A stretch of 60,999 nt of DNA, the filler included, from Circinaria calcarea (Eukaryota): assembly GCA_051942165.1 (NCBI GenBank). It is 5 parts of 5 records of this genome, joined end to end, with 100 filler letters (N's around TTAATTAATTAA, not from the genome) between each part and the next. Parts side by side here need not be neighbours in the genome. Positions count along the whole stretch, not along the records: positions 24,508 to 36,617 come from JAVECS010000608.1; positions 36,718 to 48,814 come from JAVECS010000609.1; 3 more parts are not named here. The stretch is one strand, 5' to 3'. The notes beneath the pieces were generated by a model, which was given only the letters and a program-made list of their open reading frames with translations, did not search any database and was not told where the DNA came from. Position numbers and translations under genes: made by a program. Of this stretch, positions 25,790-38,076 are shown one piece after another (positions within the stretch are counted from its first letter, which is position 1; the number at the start of each line of letters is the position of its first letter).

Positions 25790-26786
25790 ATGCTGCTATT
25801 GTTCTGTCTCTCCCTTTTCTCGTTGGTCTCTGCAATCTGTTACTATCCCGATGGATCCACTGCACCTCAAGATACGCCATGTTCGAACGTTGAATCCGGT
25901 GACAACAGCTTTTGCTGCGGCCAAGGCTATGTTTGCCTTTCGAATACGATTTGTATGTCCGTATCAACGACAAATGACCCGGATTCTTCCACCACCTACG
26001 TTCGCGGAAGCTGCACCGATCCGACATGGCTGTCACCGAGCTGTCCTCTCTTTTGTATTGATTCTCGATACGGTAGTGACGCCTATTCCAAGGCCATTGC
26101 GCTCTGATTCACTGACGCAACGTGATTTAGATAATGTAGATGGTGGCGACGGCATGTCTAAATGCGCCAACGCTGCGACAGACTCCTACTGTTGCATTAA
26201 CAGCGTTCAAAGCAGCTGCAACTGCACAACGGGCTCGGGCACCGTGCGCTTTGCTGGAAGCCCTTCAGTCTTAACAACCATCGGTGTAACGGTCTCATCG
26301 ACTGCGACCACAGTATCTTCTCAAACTCAAGCTTCGTCTTCGAGTAGAGCTACCACAGCATCCTCATCAGTAACTTCATCCTTAGCAACGTCGTCTACAA
26401 CAACCCCGTCTACAACATTGAATGAGAGTCCAACAACTTCGTCTACAATACTGAGTGAGAGTCCAACAAGCTCACCCTTATCTGTCGCAACGGCCTCACC
26501 ATCTACCAGTCATAATGTTACGATTGGACTCGGCGTTGGGATACCTATCGGGGCTCTGATACTAGCAGCTTTTGGCTTCTTGATCTATCGAGATCGTCGC
26601 AAAAAAAGTAGCTCTGAGAGGGAAAGCCAAGAGCGGAGAATTGTTCAACCAACTCATTATTCGGATACGGTCCAGAAAGGTAGAGTCTCACAGCATGAAC
26701 TAATAGGAAGTTCTGGCGAGTATGAACTGTCAACTGGACAAAACAGCGTCGGGCGTTATGAGCTGTCTGGTACGGATCGTTTCTAA
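25790..26786 (+). CDS. Single-pass cell-surface protein (signal peptide, Cys-rich domain, Ser/Thr stalk, TM, tail; Mid2/Wsc-like architecture), about 312 aa
   Basis: MLLLFCLSLFSLVSA signal, CYYPDGS...FCCG...RGSCTDPTW...CPLFC, intron 26073-26130, TM IGLGVGIPIGALILAAFGFLIY followed by RDRRKK. Confidence 0.82.
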
Positions 26787-26950
26787 GCTTGGCCATACTG
26801 ATTAGACACGTCCTGTATCCTTCTATATTGGTAGGTGCCAGATTACGGTGTATGGTGTGAGAAATTTTATAATGTCTTTCTAGCCTGAATATCTCATGAC
26901 CATGATACAGTACTTTCCGTAAGTGAAGCAGAAAATTATCCCGAAGGTCA

Positions 26951-28966
26951 TTACCACCATTGTAAGAAGCCTTTGGACTTTGGTCGTTGTAAGGGGTGGG
27001 CTTCGGTATTACTACGTAATATCCATTAGCCAAGTAACCGACAAGAGATCTTGGGGGGCTCACAAGACGTAGTCATCCAAGCTTATAACATCTGGAGTAC
27101 TGAACATCAGATAGAAGTATTTGAGTGTTTCTGCTGTCCAAAAGCTTTCCATTCTATCGGATTTCGGGGGCTCTGTGACGGTAATATCATCGAGGGCTGC
27201 ATTGGCGACGTCTGTTTTTGTATACCTATCTATAGCCTGAAACATCTTCCAAGCTTTGTCCTGTAATGACACGTCACCTGTGATTCGATAGAGGATAAAG
27301 ATGGATTCGATAGCTTCAGGCCTACAATCACCAAATCGTTAGTACAATATAGATTGTAATGGAAGTGAGAAAGCACCTTAAGATATACCGCCGATCGGCA
27401 ATATCGGTGAACCCAGGCGGTAGGCGTCTATTCTTTATGTGAGAATCCGCATTACCCTGTTTATCATTCTGGCGAATTAGGATTTCTTGGTGCCATTCGG
27501 TCTTATCCCATTGACAGTCAGCCTTCTTGCAGGCGACTGCGTGGAACGTCTCTGGCATGATACCAGTAGGTGTAGATTCATAGGCCCATATACAGCCTTC
27601 AACCAGTTTTTGAGCTATACCAACCTCATCTCGTCCAAAGATTTTAGCTCCAATCCCCACCATTCCTCCAGCAAAACACACCAAATGTTGGCCTTGGGGC
27701 TCTAGATCAAGTCTTCCATCAGTCACCCTTACTGTACCAGATATGAGAATATCGAGGTTGATCGGATTCATAGGGCGGAAGAAGTGGTGTTGCTTGGCAC
27801 TGTTGATTGATCCTTCATACAAGGTACGATACTCCTCTACGAGCCCTCCGAGGAGCATGTATTGCTAAACGAAATTAGTTTCTAAAAGACCCAATCAAAC
27901 GATTTCAGGATAGCTTACCTTTGGGAGATATTCGTACAAGGAGTCAGACATTGCGCCTAGAGAGAAGGTGTTGTCGTCGGCAAAGTCCATATCTTTCGCG
28001 TTTACAACTACTGGCCACATGCCCGGTAACTTGGTCTTGTTTTGCTGAAGGACGAATTGATCTGTGATGCGCTGTATCGCGTCAAAGTACTTCGGATCAC
28101 CTGAGAGCTGCGACAAGCGAGTGAATTCTAGAGTCAGAGAGCCTAATTCGGCAACAAGTACCCAAGCCCCAGCTTCCTGAGGCTTCCTTTGAGCTGCTCT
28201 GAATATGTTTTAGTTCCTGCCTGGAATGGGACCATCACGAGAACTCTGAGACTTACTCCTTCCATTTCCATCGGGTTATCGGCATCCTATTTGGTGTATC
28301 GAAAGCGACATAGAGCATCTCCCCAAGTTCGACAGCTTTCTGTAAGAGCACGGGGAGGCCACTAAGATCATAGGCGCCGAGGAAGCCTCCGAGATAGCGG
28401 ATCGTCGTTTCAAAGACGTTGAGCTCATCTTCTGAAGATTTGCTGAAGTCGATCTTACTGACTTCAGCGACAGCCGTATCAAAGTCATCCCGCAGCCCCA
28501 TAATCCACAATGTATCCAAGGAATCAACCAACGTCGCCGCCCAGCCGCCAAACGTATTCCGATATCCCCCGGAGATTGGGGACACCTCGTCCTTCATCCA
28601 TGCATGTTGTTTGTAACCCTTCCAAGCGTGCTCAAAGCTCTCTCTGACAGCCTTAAGCCTAGCTTCTCTAATTTGTTTTGTTTCGGGCGTTTCTTTAGCT
28701 TTGAAATCGTATTGGATCTTAGGTATCTTGACGGTGCGACCGGACGGCATGGCTTTCATCGATGTCACTGGATATTGCGGTTGCAGATCTTTCCAGCGGA
28801 AAACTCCATCATCTAAAGGTGGGCTTGAAGGTGCCGAAAGTGGCTCACCAGGCTGAAAACCAGTTTTGGTCGGTATAGACTGCCACGATGTGAAGTTGAA
28901 GAGAGCATATACTATAGCGACACCTAAGACTCCCACGAACACCCACCGCCTAGCTGGTAATAACAT
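26951..28966 (-). CDS. Class I alpha-1,2-mannosidase (GH47), type II membrane; 5 exons
   Basis: N-terminal TM, LVDSLDTLWIMG, NVFETTIRYLGG, LGAMSDSLYEYLPK, QHLVCFAGG, MESFWTAETLKYFYL, last exon NTEAHP ending at the stop at 26951. Confidence 0.93.
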
Positions 28967-30335
28967 AACAAATAAGGATGAAATGCACAGAAACGTGATA
29001 AAGATATCTTCGCGAAGCCTTGAAGAAGTCGAAAGTCGGCCGCTCAGGAACGTGTTATCCTTTGCAAGGAATAGAGGTGCAATAGCTCGGCTTTCCCTGC
29101 AACCTTGGATAAAAAGCCAAAGTCATGCCGCAAGGCTTCATCTCAATACGCAGTAGCCATAGCCAAGGATCACTAGGACATTGTCCTATCATTGACGCCT
29201 GGGAGTAAAGATGTGTGCCCAAAGGCTGAAAGCAATGCCGACCATGACCGTCCGCTACTGGTGCGGTAATTACGGCGCTTAGACTAGCGGGAAATGCGGG
29301 AAGACGCACGCTAACTATATCTCCTTATCTAAAGCGGCGACGACGCCGCATTGTACGAAGTTAGCCATCAAGCACTATGAAAAGAAGAGATATTACGTAC
29401 GGAACAGCGGTCTCGGCGAGATTGCCGTCAGAACTCCAAAACCTCCATGAACTCGGTTAATGTTATGAGGGTTCCCCCCACTAGAGGTGTATTGTCATCT
29501 ACCCCCAATCTAAACATAAGGCATGAAGTAGTCCTCTACTCTGCAAACACTGACGATCGAGTCATGAAGGATGTCCGGGCGGCCCCTGCAGGTTAAGACG
29601 ATCACAATGCAAAAGGTGAGGGTAGATGGAACTTAAAGTATAGCTGGATAGGGGGGTGTGTATATAGTATTTGATGGCAAGAATGCTGAAGTGAAGCCTC
29701 CCTCGGTATCGGTTTGTGAAAGGTGATCTTGCCAGATCATTTAAACATCTCTTGCTTCTCGAGTGGCCCTATGCCGCTACTTCAAATTGTTCAACGGATG
29801 GGACCAGGCTTTGAGCTATCACAAAGAAGGGCGATATATGGCATGCTGACATAACATTCCCAGCATGACCAGCTTGTTATGCCCGGGCTTCAATGGAGCG
29901 GAACTAGTGACAATATATATGGAATTATTCCTTTAAAGTAAGGTTCTTAGCTTTCATGACCCCAAAGAAGGGATTGTGCCTTCCGTGCACCCTTAAAGTA
30001 CCGTGTATCCCCCTAGCATTGGTTAACCACTATCTCTGCGTCCTTTGTCAAACACCAAAGTACGAGCTGGACATCCAAGAATTGGTAGCGGTCCTCAAGC
30101 ACCTTCGATAATCTATGCGTATCTCTCAGAAACCCCTAATCGAGACTTCCTTATCACCGGACCCCGGAGAAGATGCAAACTATTAGAAGGTAGAGATTAT
30201 CCTCAAACTCCGTGCTCCTTGTTGCCATGTATGGTAGATACGCCTAGAAGACTTAAGAACTACAAGAGTCGCCGATCAGTTAGCTTACTTAGGCTTCCAC
30301 TTGCTTTCTTTCCATTGGCCCAAATCCATCAACAC

Positions 30336-31700
30336 TCATGCCATCTTACAAGAAGCTAGAGGTTTTCCATGCTGCAGAGCTTGCCATTCACAGTCAATTT
30401 TTAACTGCGGATTGTGTTCGAATATTGTAATATTTACGTCGGGAGGCAGAGCGTTTAGGCCTGTCAGCAGATTACTGTTTGCACCCCTTTTGAAGTGTAG
30501 CTGTGGCTGCTTTTTGTAGTACGCCATGCCTCCTTTTGGCTTTTTACCCACGTAATCGATACAGACATTCATAAGAGACTCCAATGCCGTACGGATCTGC
30601 GCCCAGGTGAGGACAGTGGCTTTGGTGGCTGAAACAACAAGGCCACAGGAGTCTACAGTGCAATGTTAACTGGAAGTATTAAAATATAGAAAATGTTGGC
30701 GGCAAAGTGGGAAAGGTGAGCGCTCGCTGCACTTACTTGAAGTGAAAATCCTTGGCGCCGTTGGTTCGATTATAACAGTGTCAGATGGTGGTCCAAGACT
30801 TTGCAAATGTAACTTGGTGCAGTCACGTTCGGTAGGGGTTCCAAGCTTTGCGTCACACACATACTCCATCTCCGGGAGGCGGTCATGAAAGTCTTCCCAC
30901 CAGGTAAGCCTGCTTCCCATTGATATAAGTCGCTGGACGAGCGTCATGTAGACTAGCCTAAAATGTTGGATTTCAGGGGTCCCCTGCGTAGCCCTCATCT
31001 GGTCCGCTACCTTATGTATGAGGGGATCAAGAATCGCCGGATCTGTATCTCCAACCTTACGTAGTTTACCTTGTGGACCGGTGATAGTGACAGTGATTAA
31101 GCTCGGAGGGATCCACTGGGGTACGTTGATGGGCCCGGGCCAATTTTCTTGGCCATCACGATACTACTATAGGTCAGTAATATAATCTAGGTATCATTAC
31201 ACAATGGCTGACTTACAAGTCTTAGTGCAAGGGTGTCAGACATTCGAAGTAAGGAATCGACACCATTTGTGATGAAGCCTGCGCTGCCGTCTTCTCCTGC
31301 GGCACATTGGTTGATGATCCACCCTGCCATTCCACGAATCTCATCTGGAACAAGCTGGATTGAGCGACGGGAAGGCTCTGGTGGACCGGCGAGTTCAACT
31401 GAGATGGCGCACGTTCCTTTGACATTAACACTCTAGATGCTATTCCTTTGACGGTAGTGATTTACCGTGTACCTTGAAGAAAGGCAGCCTATTTGCCTCT
31501 GTTGGGCCGCCTAGGTAAAAAGGAACAGCATCTTCCCCTTGAGGCAGCATATCTCCCGCGGTTTGGCAGTCTGCAGGCGAAATCCTAGTTCCATATTCTG
31601 GCGTGCAGACAGAGAAGTCGGGATGACGAGGAGCAATAGAAATCAGATCTCTTGGGGTAAGCATTTTGATTTTATTGCATGATGGTCAAGGAATAGATAA
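30336..31700 (-). CDS. Multi-exon Cys-patterned effector-like protein with two related modules; 5' end unresolved
   Basis: Spliced reading gives CTPEYG...ADCQTA...LPF...GTCAISVELAG...WIINQC...AGFIT, then CDAKLGTPTERDC...SCGLVV...LMNVC...GGMAYY. An in-frame TGA lies at 31686-31688. Confidence 0.6.
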
Positions 31701-33323
31701 GTATGTGAGCCTACTTGAGCCAGATAGACTAGCGACATTTGGAAGTACGTTGTCTGCGCTAATAGCAATACTATCATGAAACAAAGGAGAGGGAGGATAA
31801 AACTCGGGCGGGTCTACCAGCTTATTCGCTAGCGGATACATGTTGATGGAGGATGGCAAAAGATTAATCATTGCAACGAGAATTTTTCTCGGACTGAAGC
31901 CCAAAATGTACAATAGATCAAGAACTTTTGCCAATAGGATGTAAAACTGGGGGCGACACCGAGCTTTGCCCTTTCGCATGGGGAGAGAGCCGCATGTTTC
32001 TACCAAACGCCGTGGTATATTAAAAGCCAAGCGCTTTGGATATCAAGCGCGAAACGCTTATGATAAGTCTGGCATCTTTCAATTGTCACTGGGAGCAAGT
32101 TGATGAGCATAGTCTTTGGTCGTTCTGTTAAAGAGTAGAACATTACTCGGCAGAACACGCTGTCGTTAGTCTCCGCTGCAGCAGGGACCTACCATACTGC
32201 CCGTGCGCCCTTGGGAAACTAAACGATACGGCCCGCCCCTTTTTCCCGACTAGAGTGAGATACCTAATCGGGTTCTCGAGCCTTCGTACAACTTCCAAGC
32301 ACCATATCCCGCTCGAATTCGCGGTTCCTGATGGGTCATGGTGGTACCAGGTTAAACCCTTCTCCCCACAAACATAAAACCTCCAGAAATTTAGGTGATG
32401 ACGAGCCAGCTCAACGCAAAAATGACTTTGTTGCTTGGAATGCTATTCATGGTGGTGACTGAGGTCCTGTGTGATTTGCCCCCGGCGGCTGCTAGCAGTT
32501 GTTAAATCCCCATTCTGCCTACCCATGCTAGCTGTAGCCCTCTCCCTCGGCTCCTGTCTCTGCCAATAGAGTACCTGTTACGTATCTTGGCTCAATCGCT
32601 CAAACTTTGTGCTTTAGCGGAGGAATGTGTGGAGTAGGGTAGTAGTACCAAGAAACCTTGCAACATGGTAATGACAGTACCTCAGCTTCACTAACGGTTG
32701 AATTCCCCCTGCTGAGCGATTCCGATGGTGGACCTTTCTTTGCCACCCAAAGGAGCCTACCTCCCGATTCCTGAGCCTTAAGTTCAGACAGCTAGCTTGC
32801 CCTTAGCACCAACTTTAATCGAGCGGTTTCCGTATTCGCTTTCTTGTTCTGGATCCCATTCCGGATGCTTAAAGCCAAATGATCTGACGAGGAGAACAAG
32901 GTAGTTTAATGGCGTGAAGTTTAGCGCGGCGGTAGTAGTTAGTACCTACTCTTTAGCACTAATGGGTACAGTAACTCTGAACCCTTGTCAGAAGCTTAAA
33001 TACGATTAAGACACCGTGTGTTAGGCTAGCATTAAAGTTATCCTATAATCACCTCAGCTGCACCTTATATTGATACGAATAATAAAAGCTAAAGGCCCCT
33101 CTCAGCATGGAATCATACAAACACTAAGTGAATCCTCCGAACGCAGTCATGTTGCTTCGTGCACCTTGCCATTCTTCACTTCATGTTCTTCCTGCTCTTT
33201 CACCGTCATTGCTCTCTATCATCAGCATCATCGATATCTTGCGTCTGAAGAAATCCACTAGTGAGCATCGTCATCTGCCGGGACCTGCATTAGTCCTAGC
33301 CAACAACGTACCTTCGTCTTTCG

Positions 33324-34508
33324 ATGATCGCTCCCATAAATAGACCGCCTGCCACTTTGGGCTCCATCGCGTTACTTGCCCTGTTCCCTCTTACCTATGC
33401 GCAGAAGGACAATTCTCCGGACTGCTCGTGCTACGTGACCTCCGGCAGCACATCTCCATCATACTTTACATATCACAGCTTCCATGACTTCAGGAATGCA
33501 GCCGCTACCAAGTCCGACAACTTTAATCTACCGGCACCAATCGTCTCTGCATCGCAGGACAACGGCACCGAGCCAGTAACTTCTACCTTCTTCACCAGTC
33601 CCACTTTTTCGAACGATTGGTCAATCCAAACTTGGACTTCCCATGCCTCTGCAGTCGCTCCTTTCTCGAGGGTGAACTCTCCTCAGAATGTTTACATCCG
33701 TAAGTGATTTGCGACCGGTTAGAAAGTGATTCCTGGCTGAATCTGGCCATCAACAGACCGCGACAGTCGCTCCTCTTCCACCCACTTGACCCTTCGGACT
33801 GTGCGACTCCCAGCTTTTCAATCCATTGCTGAAGTCGACACCGTTGCTACCAACATTTACTATGCCTCTATTCGTATACGTGCCCGAGTTGCCGGTTCTC
33901 CGGGTGCGGTAGCGGGTCTCTTCACGTTTGCAGACGATACAAATGAAAGCGACATTGAAATCCTTACGCGCGACGTCAGCACTCAATTCCGAGCCACAAA
34001 TCAACCTACGGTCGACGATTCGGATAACGAGATACCAGATGCGACCACCGCTGTGCGGATTGCCGCTGCCAATAGTAAAAAGAATGGAAGCTGGACGGAC
34101 TGGGTGGATTATCGCCTTGACTGGCTTGACGGGAAGACCGAGTGGTTCATCAATCAGAAGAGTGTGGAAGAAAAGACACACGGGGTCCCGAAGAAGGCAA
34201 GCCGGTTTATTATGAACCTTTGGGGAAATGGTGGGGTTTGGAGTGGGAATATGAGTCTCGGAGGGGTCGCCACGATGGATGTTGAGTGGGTTGACATGGT
34301 GTACAACACGAGTGACGCTGTAGGAAAGAGAGAGCAGTCTGGTGGGTGCAGGACTGTGTGCAATGTAGATGGGTTGAAGAACGTGGGATTTCCGGAATCA
34401 GCAAGCAGTGCAACTGCCATTGGTACTTGGCGATCGAGGAGCGAAGCAGGATATCTTGGATTATTTTGGGTCTTGACTATTGGATATATCATCTCAATAG
34501 GGATCTAA
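33324..34508 (+). CDS. Secreted, probably GPI-anchored glycoside hydrolase family 16
   Basis: Signal peptide, intron 33700-33756, catalytic ExDxE motif (NESDIEILT), YRLDW, NLWGNGGVWSG, hydrophobic C-terminus. Confidence 0.88.
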
Positions 34509-34928
34509 TGACAACACGAATCTACGTGTATTGATCTAAGGCAAGATGCCGGAATCCAATATTGAAAAATCAGTGGATAGATATAACTCACATCACTGTC
34601 TATATCGTACGTTCTTCGTAGGCCGTCGCGAAAGCTTCAGGGAACAATTTACTTGACATAACCCCAGCATTGAGCTTGGACCACCGCGACTCTAGTCGAA
34701 AATTACACGTCGTCCCATCAGCGCGACCAAAGACCACCAGTCCCTATCAAGAATACCAGCTTTCTCTAAGACCATGTCTTCGCTACCAACTGATTGTCGT
34801 TCTCGTTTTCAGCTGCACGGGCCTATTCTACTGATTTGTGTTCTAAGGGCATCTCAAGACTTGATCCTCTAAGACCGCCTAGGTGCCCTAATCGATTAAT
34901 TTTGGGTTTGAAACATTAGTTTGCTGCA

Positions 34929-36617
34929 ATGCCTCGTCACGAAATCATCGATCTCAGTCTAAGTACAGATGACGAAAACCAAAGCAAAACATGTCCGGCA
35001 TCCAAAAACTCCCATCGGGGGGCTTTACCAGCAGCAGATGGCTTCATACCTATATTCGACGATATAGAATACGATCCTCCATCAGAGCAGGCTCCGAAAA
35101 GACGAAGGTTGAGCCCACCAGTAGGCAATGGACCGAAGCAGCCGAAGAAGCAGCCAGTCTCGTATGCAGCAACCATATCTACAAACGCCAGCTCCACCAG
35201 CTTCGGAGGACCTCGGAATACCAAGAGAAGCACGATTGAATCGGATCCGATCTTTTTCACTTCCTCACCGCGCGCCCCATCGAACACCTTTCAGCAGCCA
35301 ACTAGAGCGACAGGATCAGTATCACCCTTCCGTAATTTGTCCGATGATGACGGCTTTCCCGAGGACCCTTATACGACCTTCTCGCAAAAGCCAGTAGAGA
35401 AAAGCCGCCTCACTGATCGTACAACTGCCCTTCTGGCTGAAATCTCAGGCAATGCAAATACTAAAAGGCGGAGTGCCTCTGCCAGTAAAAGCAAGCTCGA
35501 CCGCGGAGCAACAGAGCCGAAGGGCAAGATAACAAAGGAAAGGGCTAAATGCACTCCTGAGACTACCATCTCCAAGTCTCACAAGGAGCCGGGAGCAACC
35601 AAAAGAACTCGGCTTACAAGCACAGAAAGAGAGCTGAAGGAGCAAGAGAAGGAACAGGCAAAGATTCAGAAAGCGAGAGAGAAAGAGGACGAGAAAGAGA
35701 GAAAGCGAATTCTAAGAGAGGAGAAGGTGCGAGAAAAGCAAGTTGCAGCAGATCTCGCTGAAGTAAACAAAGCGAGAACGGACAAGAAGATTTCTACCCC
35801 TGAGATGATTGTAGACCTACCGGCTTCAATTCAAGATCAAAGCGTGGAGACCCAAATCCGGGCTTTCCTAAAAGATTTGCAGGTAGAAACGGCGATGTAC
35901 GATTGTCCCTTGCCGAATATCATCAAATGGCGCCGGAAGGTTGATAGTTCATTCAATGAAGAGTTGGGTCATTGGGAGCGAGTGCCACCAGCAATACACG
36001 AAGAGAAGCATGTCATGTGCCTAGTGTCAGCTAAAGAATTCGTCTCCATGGCAGTCTGGAAACCCGAGGACACGGACGGGCAGGACCTAGACGCCCACGT
36101 CCTCCAGCTAAAGACCAGATACCCAGGATCCATATCAATCTATCTGATTGAAGGGTTGGAGGTATGGATGCGAAAGAACAAAAACACCAGAAATCGGGCA
36201 TACCAAGCCGCAGTAAACAGGCAACTGGATTCCCAAAACGTTCCTCCTTCCTCACGACGGAAGAAGCAAGCAGAAGAGTGCATCGACGAGAATATAGTCG
36301 AGGACGCACTGTTGCGCTTACAGGTCCAGCACAACTGCCTCATTCATCACACCAACGCAACCGTCGAAACAGCTGAATGGGTTGCGGTCTTTACCCAGCA
36401 CATTTCCACAATCCCCTACAAGTAACTCACTCTTTTCCCCATCCACTGCTCATAACTAACAAAATCCTGCTCTCCTCACAGAAAACAATCTGCCCATCCG
36501 ACCTCCTCCTTCTGCATGGACGTCGGCCAGATCAAAACCGGCGACGACAAAAACGACACTTACATCAAACTCCTCCAGCAGATCCTGCGCATCACCCCAC
36601 CCATCGCCTACGGCATC
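34929..36617 (+). CDS. EME1: Crossover junction endonuclease subunit Eme1/Mms4 (ERCC4 domain), 3'-truncated
   Basis: KKISTPEMIVDLP, IKWRRKV, IYLIEGL, VEDALLRLQV, FTQHISTIPY. Intron 36422-36481, then FCMDVGQIKTG...LLQQILRIT. Confidence 0.87.
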
Positions 36618-36717
36618 NNNNNNNNNNNNNNNNNNNNNNNNNNNNNNNNNNNNNNNNNNNNTTAATTAATTAANNNNNNNNNNNNNNNNNNNNNNNNNNN
36701 NNNNNNNNNNNNNNNNN
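36618..36717. other. Artificial contig linker
   Basis: 44 N + TTAATTAATTAA + 44 N. Confidence 0.98.
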
Positions 36718-38076
36718 AGTTAGCACCTTGTGTGGTGATGTTAGGATGGTGTGGGAAAAGTCGCAAAAATTCGGGTGTGGGTTGTAGATCATCACTAGGG
36801 CTAGAACATATATTTGGTGTTGACTTGACTGGAGCACTACCCCTATGGTGTTTGGCGGCAAAACTAATCAGCAATTGGCTGTTGAGCCCGGTGAATTTTC
36901 TATTCCTCGTTGTCAATTAGGTCTAGGTTAACGAAATTAATTATGGCACAGTCCACCTCAGCGATCCCACTTCATACTCCCAGGTAAACCCTCAACCACA
37001 GCCACATAGAAACCACGCAAAAGGCAGAAAGAAGGCTTTCATGGCTCATTGTCAAGAGTATACCTATTATTTTATTTTCGGGAGAAAATTTTAAAAACCG
37101 GTAGTATTGGGTTACAGCTGCAAAAAGTTATTCATGAATAAAATCTCTCGCGCCATGGTAAGATTTTGCTCCGCTAAGCCCTAACGAAAACCGTAATAAA
37201 GTTAGCCCATCCAATCCCAACCGCAGTTCTCATCACCCAGTCACCATTCACCATTCACTACACATAGAACTCGCTACAGTAGAAAGAACCCCTTTATTTC
37301 TCTTTTATTTTTTTTATTTTTCTCCTCTCTTCTAGAAAAATTCGAAGAGATCCTTCATATTTGCGGATTCTCTATTCTAACTCCCCATTTGTTTTGAAAG
37401 CGTATCGAATTTTTGCGATGGGGATTGGTGGTCGTGGTCGTGTGCGTGTGCGTGGTCGTAAAATCCCCGCGCTTACCATATGGTACCATAGAATATGCCT
37501 CTCCGCGCGCTTACCATAAGTTATCGCGCGGTTATTCTTTCTGTTTTCTTGGTTTCTTTTTCTTTTCTTTTTTACGGAGGGGAAAGCTTCGATGGCGGTT
37601 CGGATTTGAACAATGGAGATTGGGGATGGGGATGGAAGTGGGAAGAGGGTGGCGGTGGCGGTGGGATCTTGCAAATTTCCAGAATCAAGTGGTTTTACTG
37701 TTTCCAGCAAAGTGGGAGTTTTGATAGGTATATTGAAGTGCGTAGGGAAGAAAAGGGTGAAGGGTTAGAAGGTGATCGAGGGTAAATTTTGCTCGAGGGT
37801 ACTTTTTTATTTAAACTCTCAACTAGCCTGTAGAACCTTTTTATTTATAAAGGTTGTTTAAAAAATCGCCGAGGGTGGGGTTTTCCCCCCATCGCACATT
37901 CCAGTAGACTACCAATGTTTGGATTCCCTAAAGATACATTGACGAATCTACCGTTTCAAACCCTACTTGTATTCTGTACACAACGCTCCAGGCTCAGAGG
38001 CTTTTGGTACCTAGGTATGCTATGCTATGATTTTGCCACCTACCTACCTTGCCACCCGCCTACAACCCACAGCAAT

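Noticed and set aside
36718..37900. Short ORFs in an AT-rich, low-complexity stretch
   Set aside because: They are dominated by homopolymers and simple repeats, with no coding signal.
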